Positions 12,203-23,546 of a stretch of 64,000 bases of DNA are shown here, piece after piece. Below the pieces are notes generated by a model, which was given only the letters and a program-made list of their open reading frames with translations, did no database searches and had not been told where the DNA came from. A program made the position numbers and the translations under genes. The number at the start of each line of letters is the position of its first letter. Within the stretch, counting starts at the first letter, position 1. The DNA comes from Octopus bimaculoides. Its lineage: Eukaryota. Location: NCBI RefSeq assembly GCF_001194135.2, contig NC_068992.1:37609768-37673767 (forward strand), read 5' to 3'.

Positions 12203-15059
12203 AGCTATTTCGGTAATTGTATACAGATATCATTGTCCCCTTGATATATGATGGCAGTGAAGATAAGGATCAGCAGTGATGTCATCAGACCTTTCTATGG
12301 CTAAGGTGATTCAAAAGGTCAAAGTTGTGGCCAGGCTACAAGGCATCAAAGATGTAGTGAGCCTCATGGCCCTGTATTTGGAGGGGAGTGTGCTGGCACT
12401 GTACCTCAAAATGGATGAAGAAGAACAGCTGAGCACGGCAAAGATCAAGTAACGCTTGAGAGAGGCTTACACACTGATGGAGAGTATACCACTTTTGCTA
12501 AGCTGGGAATGGTCAGATGGAGCAGGGAGCAGGTCAACAAATACACTGCAGAGGTACGGAGGCTGGTTGTGTCATTTGGTCTTACTGGTGAGGGACTTGA
12601 GAAAGTAGCGTGACTGGCTTTTGTGAATGGTTTTCTTGACGACATGTCGGTGTGACTACGACAGTTGCTAGGCAGCAACAAAATGGCAATGAGTGAGCTC
12701 ATCATTCAAGCCTACATGTTGACACAAAACATTGGACAGAAGGCTGTGGTGATGGCGGCTGCAGAAGCCCGCAAATCTGCATGACGGCTGGGGAAGGACA
12801 AAAAGAGGCCTGCTGTGGAACAACAGTGGCTGTTCACAGGCCGGTGTTTTAAGTACCAAGGACCACACATGGCAAAGAACTACACAGAGCCTGGACCGGT
12901 TTGCTACCAGTGCAAACAAACTGGGCATATCGCCTGAAATTGTAGCCAGGGAAAAGTCCACGGGAAAGTTATCTCCCAAACCTCTCCTGCAAATGAGTAG
13001 AGGCGTTGGTGAAGTCACTGCCCGTAGTTGAGGTTATTAGTCAAGAGAAATAGATTCAAGGACCCCATGGACACGGGCTGCACGACAACTCTCATGACCC
13101 TGAGAGTGACAAAGAAATGGAAGGGGGTGCGTAGCATTCAGGTGGTCAATGGCAGCAAAATCGAATGCAAAGCAGTGATGCGGATATAATGGTGCGAGGC
13201 ACAACGCTATGGCTCTGGGTGATCCTGATCAATGTGGTAATGGGGATAGATGCAATCGACCACCTTGGAGGTGTCAGTGTTGGAGGAGACATAGTTTTGT
13301 TTGGTTCCGTGGAGGCATCGTGTGCTGAGTTGGGAATATGAGCAGGAGCAGAGCCTCGCAAGGAGCTGCACTGCCTACGCCATTGAAGACAAGGATTTTT
13401 GGGGAGCGTTCAGAAGAGGTAGAGAAGTGGATTGAGGAAGGTGTCCCATGGAAAGAGGAGGTGGTGAGCAGAATACCACCTCTAATGACAGTGGTGCAGT
13501 CAACAAAGGGTAAAGTTAGACCAGTGTTGAACTTTTGGAAGATGAATGACCATGTATTGTGCCACACAGGTGGCGAAGCAACTGACGTCTGCGAAGAGAT
13601 GCTGCATGTATGGAGGCAGTCAACTAAGGCGGTGACGATCGTTGACTTGAAGTCAGCATATTTGCAGCTCCATGTAAGTGACAAACTGTGACAGTACCAA
13701 CTGGTGCAATACAAGGGCCAGACATATTGTCTGACAAGGCTGGGTTTTGGGCTGAATTCTGTGTCAAAGATCATGGCGACAGTGGATAGGATAAGAAGGG
13801 TCACCAGTTCCTACATAGATGACATCCTAGTAGACGAGACTGTAGTGCTTGCCATAGCAGTTGTCAGACATTTGAAGAAATTCGGGTTGATTGTGAAGCC
13901 ACCAGAGCCAATGGCTGGTGGAGCAGCACAGGCGAGGAAACAAAACAGGTAAGTTGGTGTTTCATAGGGGGAACGAGATCCAGGAGCAGGAGAAAACTGT
14001 TCTCAATGTGCAGGAAGTTAGTAAGTCACTACACAATCACAGGGTAGCTGCATACAGCATGCAGTTACACCAGGAGATGAGTAGAAGGGGAGAACTGGAG
14101 AGACAAGGTGGGAGAGAGGACGGTGGTGATGATATGAGAAATCCTGGAGAGGACAAGAGCGGAAGACCCAGTCAAAGGGAACTGGCATATGCCCAAATCG
14201 AATAGTGGGACTGTATGGTGTGATGCTAGCAGCATTGCGATAGTCATTGTGTTGGAAATTGGAGGTGCCAAAGTGGAAGATGCGGCCTGGCTTCGAAAAG
14301 CAGACAACTACAACCACATCAATGTCACTGAGTTAGAAGCAGTGCTGAAGGGAGTGAATCCAGCCCTGAAATGGGGGCTGTGCTCCAATAAAATCAGAAC
14401 AGATTCATCTACTGTGTTTGGCTGAGTAGGATCGCTGAACACTGATGAGAATAGGGTGTGAACCAAAGGGGCTGTAGAAATGCTAGTGAAGTGTCGCCTA
14501 GGGATTCTAGGGGAGCTGATTGGCGAGTTCAGCCTGAAGCTGAATGTAGTCTTTGTGCCTTCAGAGAGAAACAAGGCAGATGCTCTAACCAGGGTAAAAA
14601 AGGCCTGGTTAGGGGAGTCGGAAGAATCAAAGCAAGGAGTAGCTATGGTGTGTCAGTTAAATGACTCCTAGCTAAGGAGACTGCATGCCATGGATATGGG
14701 CATGGATAGGACCCTGTATCTCGCCAGGAGGATTGACAATGACATTACCAGATGGAGCATCCAGAAGGTGGTCAGGAACTGCGAAAGGTGTCAATCCATC
14801 GACCCTGCTCTGGGTGTGCATGAGCAGGGAAATGTTTTGGTAGAGCACAACTGGTGATGATTAGCAGTGGATGTAGCACACTACTGGCAGGGGACGTATC
14901 TCTCAATGGTCGATTGTGGGCCGGGCCGGGCCGGATGACCATTTGGAGGGAAATGAGGACAGGTACTGTGGACAAGATGGCACATATTCTAAATGAGGTA
15001 TTCTTAGAGTGGGGCCCTGTGGACGAATTGCTGTTGGACAACAGCACAGCATTTAATTT

Positions 15060-15154
15060 CAGAGTAGGGCAGGATCACCAGAGTGACCACTACTAGACAG
15101 GCGCAGACGAGAGAGGAAGGTAGGTGAACCTCTTTTCATTTCCCACACATGACA
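15060..15154 (+). repeat. Gypsy 3' LTR remnant
   Basis: About 16 mismatches in ~94 nt versus 12109-12202; fused directly to the truncated integrase. Confidence 0.8.
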
Positions 15155-16010
15155 TGTCGAGTAGGTTATGGCCTAGTCATTCACTCAGTTAATCAGGTTC
15201 CCCAGGAAGGAGTCATACCCAATGGCTAGTGTTGTAGAATACAAGCTGCTACAAGGGTAAAGTGGCTAGTGTTGTAGAATACAAGCTGCTACAAGGGTAA
15301 AGGAGACACCTTAAATAGAAGCAAATACAGAGGTATCAAACTGCTGGACTAGGTCATGAAAGTTACAGAGAGTGTTATAGTTCAATTGATTAGGAACAGA
15401 ATTAGATTAGATGAGATGCACTTTGGTTTTGTGAAAGGGAAGAATACAAGAGGTACCATCTTCGTAGTCAGACAGCTGAAGAGGTATCTAAGCAAATGTA
15501 AGCTATTGTTCTTGGCTTCCATTGACCTGGAGAAAGCTTTTGACAGAGTCCCTTGTTCTGTTATCTGGTGGTTCCTAAGGAAGTTAGGAGTAGGAAAATG
15601 GCTTGTTAGAGCTGTACAAGCCATGCATAGGGTCAGTAGGGTGAAGTCAGCTATAAGTACAGTGATGAATTTAGTGTGCATGTAGGGGTTCAGTTCTCAG
15701 TCCCCTTATTCACCATAGTCCACCAGGCCATAACAGCAGAATTTAAAACTGGCTGTCCATAGAAACTATTTTCTGATGACCTTACTCTTATAGTAGAATC
15801 TGTAGCAGAATTGGAAAAGAAATTCCAAGTATGGAAACAAAACCTGGAATCAAAGGGTTTTAAAGTTACTCTAGCAAAGACCAAGTTGTTAACAAGAAAG
15901 TGGGTAAGACTCTGTTTCCATCAGGTAAATGGTCCTGCTCAATATGTAAGAACATTGTTGGAAAGGATTATATTCATTGCACCCAGAGCAAGCCATAGAT
16001 AAATAAGAAG
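15155..16010 (+). mobile_element. RTE LINE RT fragment (PHD-bearing family)
   Basis: YRGIKLL, LDEMHFGF, IDLEKAFDRVP, LFSDDL, PSGKWSCSICK. Confidence 0.9.
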
Positions 16011-16404
16011 TGCAACTGTAGATACATATTGATTGTAATAATGGAATGAACAGGTGTGCTTCAAGAGGAAATAGCTGGGATAAGAAATTAATCATATCCA
16101 TCACTATGCTGCTAGATAACAACCTTGTCAGGATGAAATAGATCCTTCAGCAGACACCTATGATAATGATCACAATGATATGCTTAACAACAACTTGCTT
16201 TGTTTTTCTTGAAACAAAACATACACACACATGAATGGATGTAAGCGCATACACACACAAAACCATAAAACCAGGGGGTATAAAAGGTGAATATATATTT
16301 ATTTAACCATGTAACTAACATAGGATTATGGCTGTTTTGTAAACTTCTTCATGGAATATTAATTTCAGTATGGAAGAAATTATACATATGTGTTTACATT
16401 TATA

Positions 16405-17203
16405 CAAGGTGGTATCAAAAAGTTCTCAGATTAGCTCTGTAGTATACCAACAGATGGCAGCACACAGTTGTGTGTGCAGTGAGAACTACCAATGACCTTC
16501 ATGAGGCAGTTTGTCAAGTGACATCACTGTGTTTACTTTACAAGTTGTGAAATTTGTGTTTTTGTGATCACATGTATGCTGTAGTCTACGATTTTGTCAT
16601 GGACAGGAACAAAGAACCAATGTGAAATTTTACATTAAACTTGAGAAGTCTGCTTCAGAGATATTGAGCATGCTTTTTCAAGCTTACAGTCATATGTAAT
16701 GTTTTGACAGGCATGGGCACTTCAAAAGTGGAAAAAATTCCTTGAAAGATGATGAACAATTTGGAAGACCTGCCATGAGCATCACCCCTGGAAATGTGGT
16801 ATTGTGCATCGAAAATTCATCCCCCAGGGCCAGACTGTCGATTGAGAGTTCTACTGTGACATTTTGAAGCATTTGAGGGAAGACATTTGGTGAAAGCGAC
16901 TGGATCTGTGGGGCATGAAAAATTGGATGCTTCACTGAGCTCTCCTTACTCTCTTCTATATCTTCTTTAAGATGAAAATGCAGCTCAAAGGTTACCATTT
17001 TAACACTGTTGTCAAGATCCAGAGTAAATTGCAGGAGGTCCTCAACTCGCTTCCAGAAAATTACTTCCAGGCTGGATTCCAAGCATGGCAGGAATGCTGC
17101 ATATTGCTGTGTAAGGTGAATTTTTCAAAGGAGATGATGTTAAAACTTAGGTAAATATTTTTTATTAAACATAACTATTCTAGGAACCTTTGATACCACC
17201 TCA
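16405..17203 (+). mobile_element. Internally deleted mariner with both TIRs and TA target sites
   Basis: TA|CAAGGTGGTATCAAAAAGTTC and GAACCTTTGATACCACCTCA|TA. N-terminal HTH (NVKFYIKLEKSASE) and C-terminal KMQLKGYHF..FQAWQ pieces remain; the catalytic core is missing. Confidence 0.85.
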
Positions 17204-18049
17204 TATGTTCAACATTATATAAGTGTATATTCACAAATTAATGCAAATAAAGGAAGCTAGCTCTGACTGCATTCTGCAATCTAGTCAGCTACAACAAACA
17301 GTGCTTAATAAGGGTCTTCAAAGTGTTGTTACAGCTGTCTCCTTCAGTCTGGAATAAAATTAGTTAGCAGCCAGCTTATTAGATGTATAGTAATGATATT
17401 CTAATATTACAATAATCTTGGACAGGTATAATTGCCTCTCTGGTACTCTTTGTATAACATGCAGTTACATAATAATCCAGAAATCACGATATGTAGATAT
17501 TGTTTTGAGTTGAGTGGGGGTGCTAAATGCCCTTGTTCAAAAATATAAGGACACAGATCATGTTGTATAACCAGCTGGAGATAATGTCTCCTGAGGCTAA
17601 ATTACAGCAACGTTCATCCTAAACCAGTACTGCCATGTTATGTTGGCAAATAATCTTTACTCCAGTTACGTACTGTTATATACAATTTTGAAAAATTTAT
17701 AATCACAACAAATTCAAATATAATCCAATTCTTCACTATATCTACACCATCTGAAGCATATTTGTAGAAAAGTTCATTAAAATATATCCATGTTTCTGAA
17801 AGTTATGAGGAAAGAAATTCCTAAAGGCATATATGTGTAGTTATGCTTCAGCTAACTCTGGCTGATTACTGTGTATCATTGCACATGCATTACAAGAAGT
17901 CTGTAATAAACATGAATTATTTTAAATAATAGTAAATATATATACACACATGTAAAAGACAAAGAACTGAGTTTGAAATTATTTCCTTATAGTATCCTAA
18001 CACTTGTTTCTATGACAATTATGCGGTAATCAATTTCTAATTGTTACTG

Positions 18050-21000
18050 AAACACATGAAATGCTTGAACAGAAGCATGTAGATTTGTGTTGCATCCAAG
18101 AGGTAAGGTGGAGAGGAGGTTCCGCTAGGTTCCTCACAGGCAATGAACATAGTTATAAGATCTTCTGGGTAGCGAACAGTGATAGGGTTGGGGACATGAG
18201 TGTACACCTTGCTGAGAAATGGGTTGATAAAGTAACCGAGGTAGTCAGAGTGCGTGATAGAATACTTAAGCTTAGACTAGTGCTGCAGCATAGGATAACA
18301 ACTATTATCTTGGCCTATACCCCTCCGTCAGGTCTACCTGATGAACAGAAAGACTGATTTTCTGATGCCCTCTTGCAGACAACCTCGTTGATGAATGACA
18401 GGGACCTTCTGTTTGTGGCGGTGACTTCAATGGGCATGTTGGACAACATCTGGACAGCTTCTATGGTGTACATGGTGGCATTGGATTTGGTGCCCACAAT
18501 GAGGAGGGAACCAGACTGCTTGAGTTCTGTAATGCAAATGATCTTATGATCTGTAATACTAACTTCAGGAAAACTGTCAATCACTTGTTCACCTACCAGT
18601 ATGGTGGGCACACTAGTCAGATTGATTACACTCTCACCAGGAAACAGGAGAGATGGCTGCTTATAAATGCCAAACCTTCCCAGATGAAGAATGTACCCCA
18701 CAACATTGATTAGTTGTTAGCAACCTCAGGATCAGGGTTAAATGGGTGCCCAGAAGACAACTAGTGTGCAAAGGAAGGGTCTGAAAGCTTAAGGATCTTC
18801 TGAATGGACAGATATTTAGAGATGTATTACTTGAAGCTTTTGACGAAATAGAGGAGGGTATAGCATCACATAACATGGATGACAACTGAACGTTCCTATG
18901 GGTCAACCTGTTGAGGGCTAGTGACCAGACCTGTGGCTGGTGCAAAGTCCCTTCTTGAACTAAGGTGACATCGTGGTGAAACAATGTAGTTGACAGGACC
19001 ATTAAGGACAAGAAACAGGCCTGGAAGGACTGAAAGTGGTAGCAGGGAATTGTATCAGACTGCTAGAAGGGAAGCTAGGAGACAGGTTTACTTAGCCAGA
19101 GGGCAAGCAGAAAAGAAGAGATTTGCAAATGTTCAGCATCACGAGGACCAGAGACTTGAAGTGTTTCGAACTGCAAGACAGTGTGTGAGAGAGAATCATG
19201 ATGTCATAGGAGAGAAATGTGTCTGCATGGATGATGGCTCACTTGCATTTAATGGGGCTGCAAAGAAAGAGACTTAGAGATGCCACTATGAAAAGTTGTT
19301 AAGAGAATGAATGGGAGAGAGAGAGTCTGCCAAATGTTGACCCAACTGAGGGACCAGCTGTTTGAATTGACAGTACTTTGGTAGATAAAGCAACTAAAAA
19401 TAAGAAGATAGGGAAAGACTCTAGCCCATCAGGAAACACTGCTGAGATGCTTAAAATATCTAGTGGTGTAGGCTATGGTCTAGTTACCCATATAGTTAAC
19501 CAGTAGTCATATCCAATGACAGGTGTGTCAGCAATATAGTCAACTGCAACAAAGGTAAAGGTAATGCTTTAGATAGAAATAATTACAGAGGTATCAAAAT
19601 GTTGGATCAGGTGATTGAAGTTGCAGAGAGGATCATAGCCTAACTAATAAGGGAGAGTGTTAGTTTAGATGAGATGCAGTTTGGGTCTGTGCCAGGTAGA
19701 AGCACCACTGATGCTATATTTCTGGTAAGACAGCTGCAAGAAAAATTCCTAGCCAAAGATAAACATCTGTACTTGGCTTTTGTTGACATGAAGAAAGCCT
19801 TTGACAGAATCCCACGATGTCTTATCTGGTGGTCAATGTGGAAATTACGGATAGATGAGTGGTTGGTGAAAGCTGTACAAGTCATGTACAGGGATGCTGT
19901 CAGTAAGGTGAGGGTTAGCAACAAGTACAGCAAAGAATTCAGGTTACAAGTAGGGGTTCACCGAGGGTCAGTCTTCAGCCCCCTCTTATTCAATATAGTC
20001 CTCCAGGCAATAGCAGAGGAATTCAAGACAGGCTACCCTTGGGAGCTCCTCTATTCTGATGACCATGCTCTTATAGCTGAATCACTACCAGAACTAGAGA
20101 AGTTATAGGTGCGGAAGCAAGGTCTAGAATCAAAGGGCCTTAGAATTAAACTAGCAAAAACCAAAGTATTACTGAGCAGGAGGATGGACAAATCACAAAT
20201 CCCTTCATGTAGCACCCTTATTAAATCTGTAGAAAAGGTGTAGGTAGAAACTCTATAAGATGTACCCAGTGTAAACTATGGACACATAAGAAGTGCAGTA
20301 ATATCAGAAGAAGGTTAACGGGAAAGATAGTTCTTGTATGTGAAAGGTGTACAGGTACAATAAACACCAAAAATGTACAGATAATAAATTCCATCATAAG
20401 CCAGGGGAAAAAAATAGAAGTAGTCAATAGCTTCTGTTACCTAGGTAACCAAGTCAGTAGCGAGGGTGGATGCTCCAAGAGCATAGCTGCAAGAATAAGA
20501 ATAGGCTGGGCAAAGTTCAGAGAGCTCCTACCTCTGTTGGTAACAAAAGGCCTCTCTCTCAGAGTGAAAGGCAGATAATAGGATGCCTGTGTGCGAACAG
20601 CTATGTTACACAGCAGTGAAACATGGGCTGTGACAGCTGAGGACATGCGTAAGCTTGAAAGAAATGAAACCAGTATGCTTCACTGGATGTGCAATGTTAG
20701 TGTGCATGTTCAACAAAGTGTAAGCATCTTGAGAGAAAAGTTAGGCATAAAAGGCATCAGACGTGGTGTGCAAGAGAGATGACTGTGCTGGTATGGTCAT
20801 GTGATGTATGTGGTGAGGACAGCTGTGTAAATCTCTAACTGTGGAGGGAACTTGTGGTAGAGGTAGACACAGGAAGACATGACCACTGAAGACATGTGTA
20901 GGCTTGTGAGAAATGAAGCCAGTATGTTCTGCTGGATGTGTATTGTCAGTGTGCGTGCACGGCAGAGTGTGAGCATCCTGAGAGAAAAGTTGAACATAAA

Positions 21001-21624
21001 AATCATTAGAAGTGGTTTGCAAAAGAGATAACTGCACTGGTATGGTCATGTGATGCATATGGATGAGGACAGCTGTGTGAAGAAGTGTCACACTCTAACA
21101 ATGGAGGGAACCTGTGGAAGAGGNNNNNNNNNNGAAGTGTCACACTCTAACAATGGAGGGAACCTGTGGAAGAGGTAGACCCAGGAAGACATGGGATGAG
21201 GTGGTGAAGCATGACCTTCAAACATTCGACCTCACAGGAGCAATGACAAACAACCAAGATCTTTGGAGATATGCCATGCTTGAGAAGACCCAGCAAGCCA
21301 AGTGAGATCATAGTCATGTCCAATGCCAGTGTCACATAACCGGCCCATTAAAATCACCCTTCAGTTGTTGAACCAAGTGAAATTGTAGTTGTGGCCGATG
21401 CCAGTGCCACCTGACTCACACCCATGCTGGTGGCACATAAAACTCACCCACTATACTGTTGGAGTGGTTAGCATTAGGAAGGGCATATAGCCATAGAAAC
21501 CTTGCCAAATCAGATTGGAGCCTGGTGCAGCCTCCCAACTTACCAGTTCTCAGTCAAACCATCCAACTCATGCTAGCATGGAAAGCAAACATTAAATGGC
21601 AATGGTGGTGGTGGTGGTGGTGGT
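18050..21624 (+). mobile_element. Near full-length decayed RTE LINE (APE endonuclease, RT with PHD-type insert, duplicated C-terminal block, 3' UTR, (GGT)n tail)
   Basis: CCIQEVRWRG, GDFNGH, QIDYTL, MQFGSVPGRSTTDAIF, FVDMKKAFD, LLYSDD, SFCYLG, MLHSSETW, GRPRKTW. Confidence 0.93.
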
Positions 21625-21708
21625 NNNNNNNNNNNNNNNNNNNNNNNNNNNNNNNNNNNNNNNNNNNNNNNNNNNNNNNNNNNNNNNNNNNNNNNNNNNN
21701 NNNNNNNN

Positions 21709-21765
21709 AGAAGAAGAAGAAGAAGAAGAAGAAGAAGAAGAAGAAGAAGAAGAAGAAGAAGAAGA
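21709..21765. repeat. (AAG)n microsatellite next to an assembly gap
   Basis: Perfect AAG run. Confidence 0.95.
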
Positions 21766-22469
21766 ATTTCCAGCAAAATTCTCCTTTTATATTTTATATA
21801 TGTATTGTGACCATCATAGCCAATGAAACTTACAACATGAAATATTGCTATAATAACACAAATTCTCTTCACCATTTTCTCTTTAGGAGTGTAATGAATT
21901 ACATGGAGTTCCAGCACAACATTTATACCTTTGTCAACTTTATTAACATTCTATAGATAGACAGATAGACAAACAGACTGACAGGTATACAGTTAGATAG
22001 ATAGCACACCCATTCATCACTGGTCACCTCCATCTCTTAACTACCATTAACTATATTCACCTCACAACCCTAGCTAATCTCTACAGTTGTCGACTGTTAT
22101 TTCCTACCTCCCCAACTTATCATCCACTCAAAACATTTTCCATTCATTATATTCATACCCACACCCACCAATTCCTCCTCTCTCACTCTTCCATACACTC
22201 TTGCAGATTCTACACACCCACATTTCCAGTTCATCTGATTCCATTCACTTCTACTCACCTTGTACTATGAGGTTCCACACAGACACCTCATCAACACTGC
22301 TATTTTCACACTGCTCACCCCAACCATTTCTTGTAAAATTAGAGTAGGTATGTAGCCCCTCAACAACAAAAGACTTGTTCTGTTCTGACCCCTTCACTTG
22401 TACTTTAACTCATTATCTCCAAGCATAGAATCACCTCTCTCAAAGTTCATATTCTTGTAAAGCTGCATG

Positions 22470-22652
22470 ATAACCTCACTAGTGCTAGTAGCATGAAAGA
22501 AGCATTCAGTACAGTGATTGTAAAGTAGCTGGCATTAGAAAAAGCATCCAGTCATAGAAACCATACCAAAGTAGATAATGGATCTTGCCAAACTATTCAC
22601 CTCATGCCAGCATGAAACATGGACATTAAATGATGGTGATGATAACGATAAT

Positions 22653-22684
<32 letters not shown>

Positions 22685-22721
22685 TAAACAGACAGAGAAA
22701 TATCACTATACACACATATGC

Positions 22722-22780
<59 letters not shown>

Positions 22781-22797
22781 TGTGTGTGTGTGTGTGT

Positions 22798-22829
<32 letters not shown>

Positions 22830-22830
22830 C
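22470..22830 (+). repeat. Degenerate RTE tail followed by (GA)n and long (TG)n microsatellites
   Basis: ggcattagaaaaagcatccag..catggacattaaatgatg; (GA)n at 22659-22686; (TG)n at 22723-22830. Confidence 0.75.
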
Positions 22831-23546
22831 TGTATTATCCAGACTATCAGATGCTGTTCTATACCACTGGTCCAATGTGCTTCCTCACATTGTTATAGCT
22901 CTTCAGTGATTCCACACTACTGACTAGTTGGATGGGAAGCCAATATTTCCTGGCTCTATTGCATGTTTACCCATTTGCAGCTGAGTGGAGAACTGGAGCA
23001 ATGAGAAGTGTTTTGCTCATGGACACAGCATACCACTGATCTGTGAATCAAAAACCAATATTTTGCAATCATGCAAGTATATCTTCACAACAACTGCACT
23101 TAACTATTACATCCCTTGGGGAACCCCCTCCCCTCACACCATCACATCACCACCTTCACTACTATTGTTATCATCACCATCATCACCACTACTACTATTA
23201 TTACCACCATCATCACCATCACTTTCATGCTTCATTCTATTTCTCCCTACTTTTATTACTACTGTCATCACCACCACCACATGAACCATCACCATCATCA
23301 CCAAACCCATCCTTTCTATTAATATATAATTCTAGCAGAATATTACTTTCCTAGATAGGAAACAGGTGAAAATAAGCATCAGAAAGAGCATCCAATCACA
23401 GAAAAATTGTCTTAACAATGTTATCATCTGGCTCATGAATGCTTAGAAAAATGCATACTAAAAGTGATGATGATATTCTAGTTATAATTTTCTTACGAAA
23501 CACATAGATAGCATAGAAGTGCTCAAGTCGAACCTGAAGCATTAGA

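Larger units (their letters stand above)
11922..15154 (+). mobile_element. Decayed Ty3/Gypsy LTR retrotransposon (gag with two CCHC knuckles, protease, RT, RNase H, truncated integrase)
   Basis: Gag FVNGF, CF..Q..H, CYQCKQTGHIA; PR MDTGCTTTL; RT VDLKSAYLQ, LGFGL, SYIDDILV; RH WCDASS..HINVTELEAV..RTDS; IN C..CQ, LAVD, LLLDNSTAF. Domain order is PR-RT-RH-IN. Confidence 0.92.

Noticed and set aside
17640-17795. Strong minus-strand acceptor at 17795 with KHGYILMNFSTNMLQM faintly like IQCH
   Set aside because: The phase-0 frame stops after 17 codons and no good donor precedes the stop.
21083-21175. Direct repeat around a 10-N gap
   Set aside because: Near-identical sequence on both sides of the gap indicates unmerged contig overlap.
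22597-23354. His-, Val/Cys- and Ser-rich ORFs
   Set aside because: They are translations of (TG)n, (GA)n and (CAT/CAC)n microsatellites.
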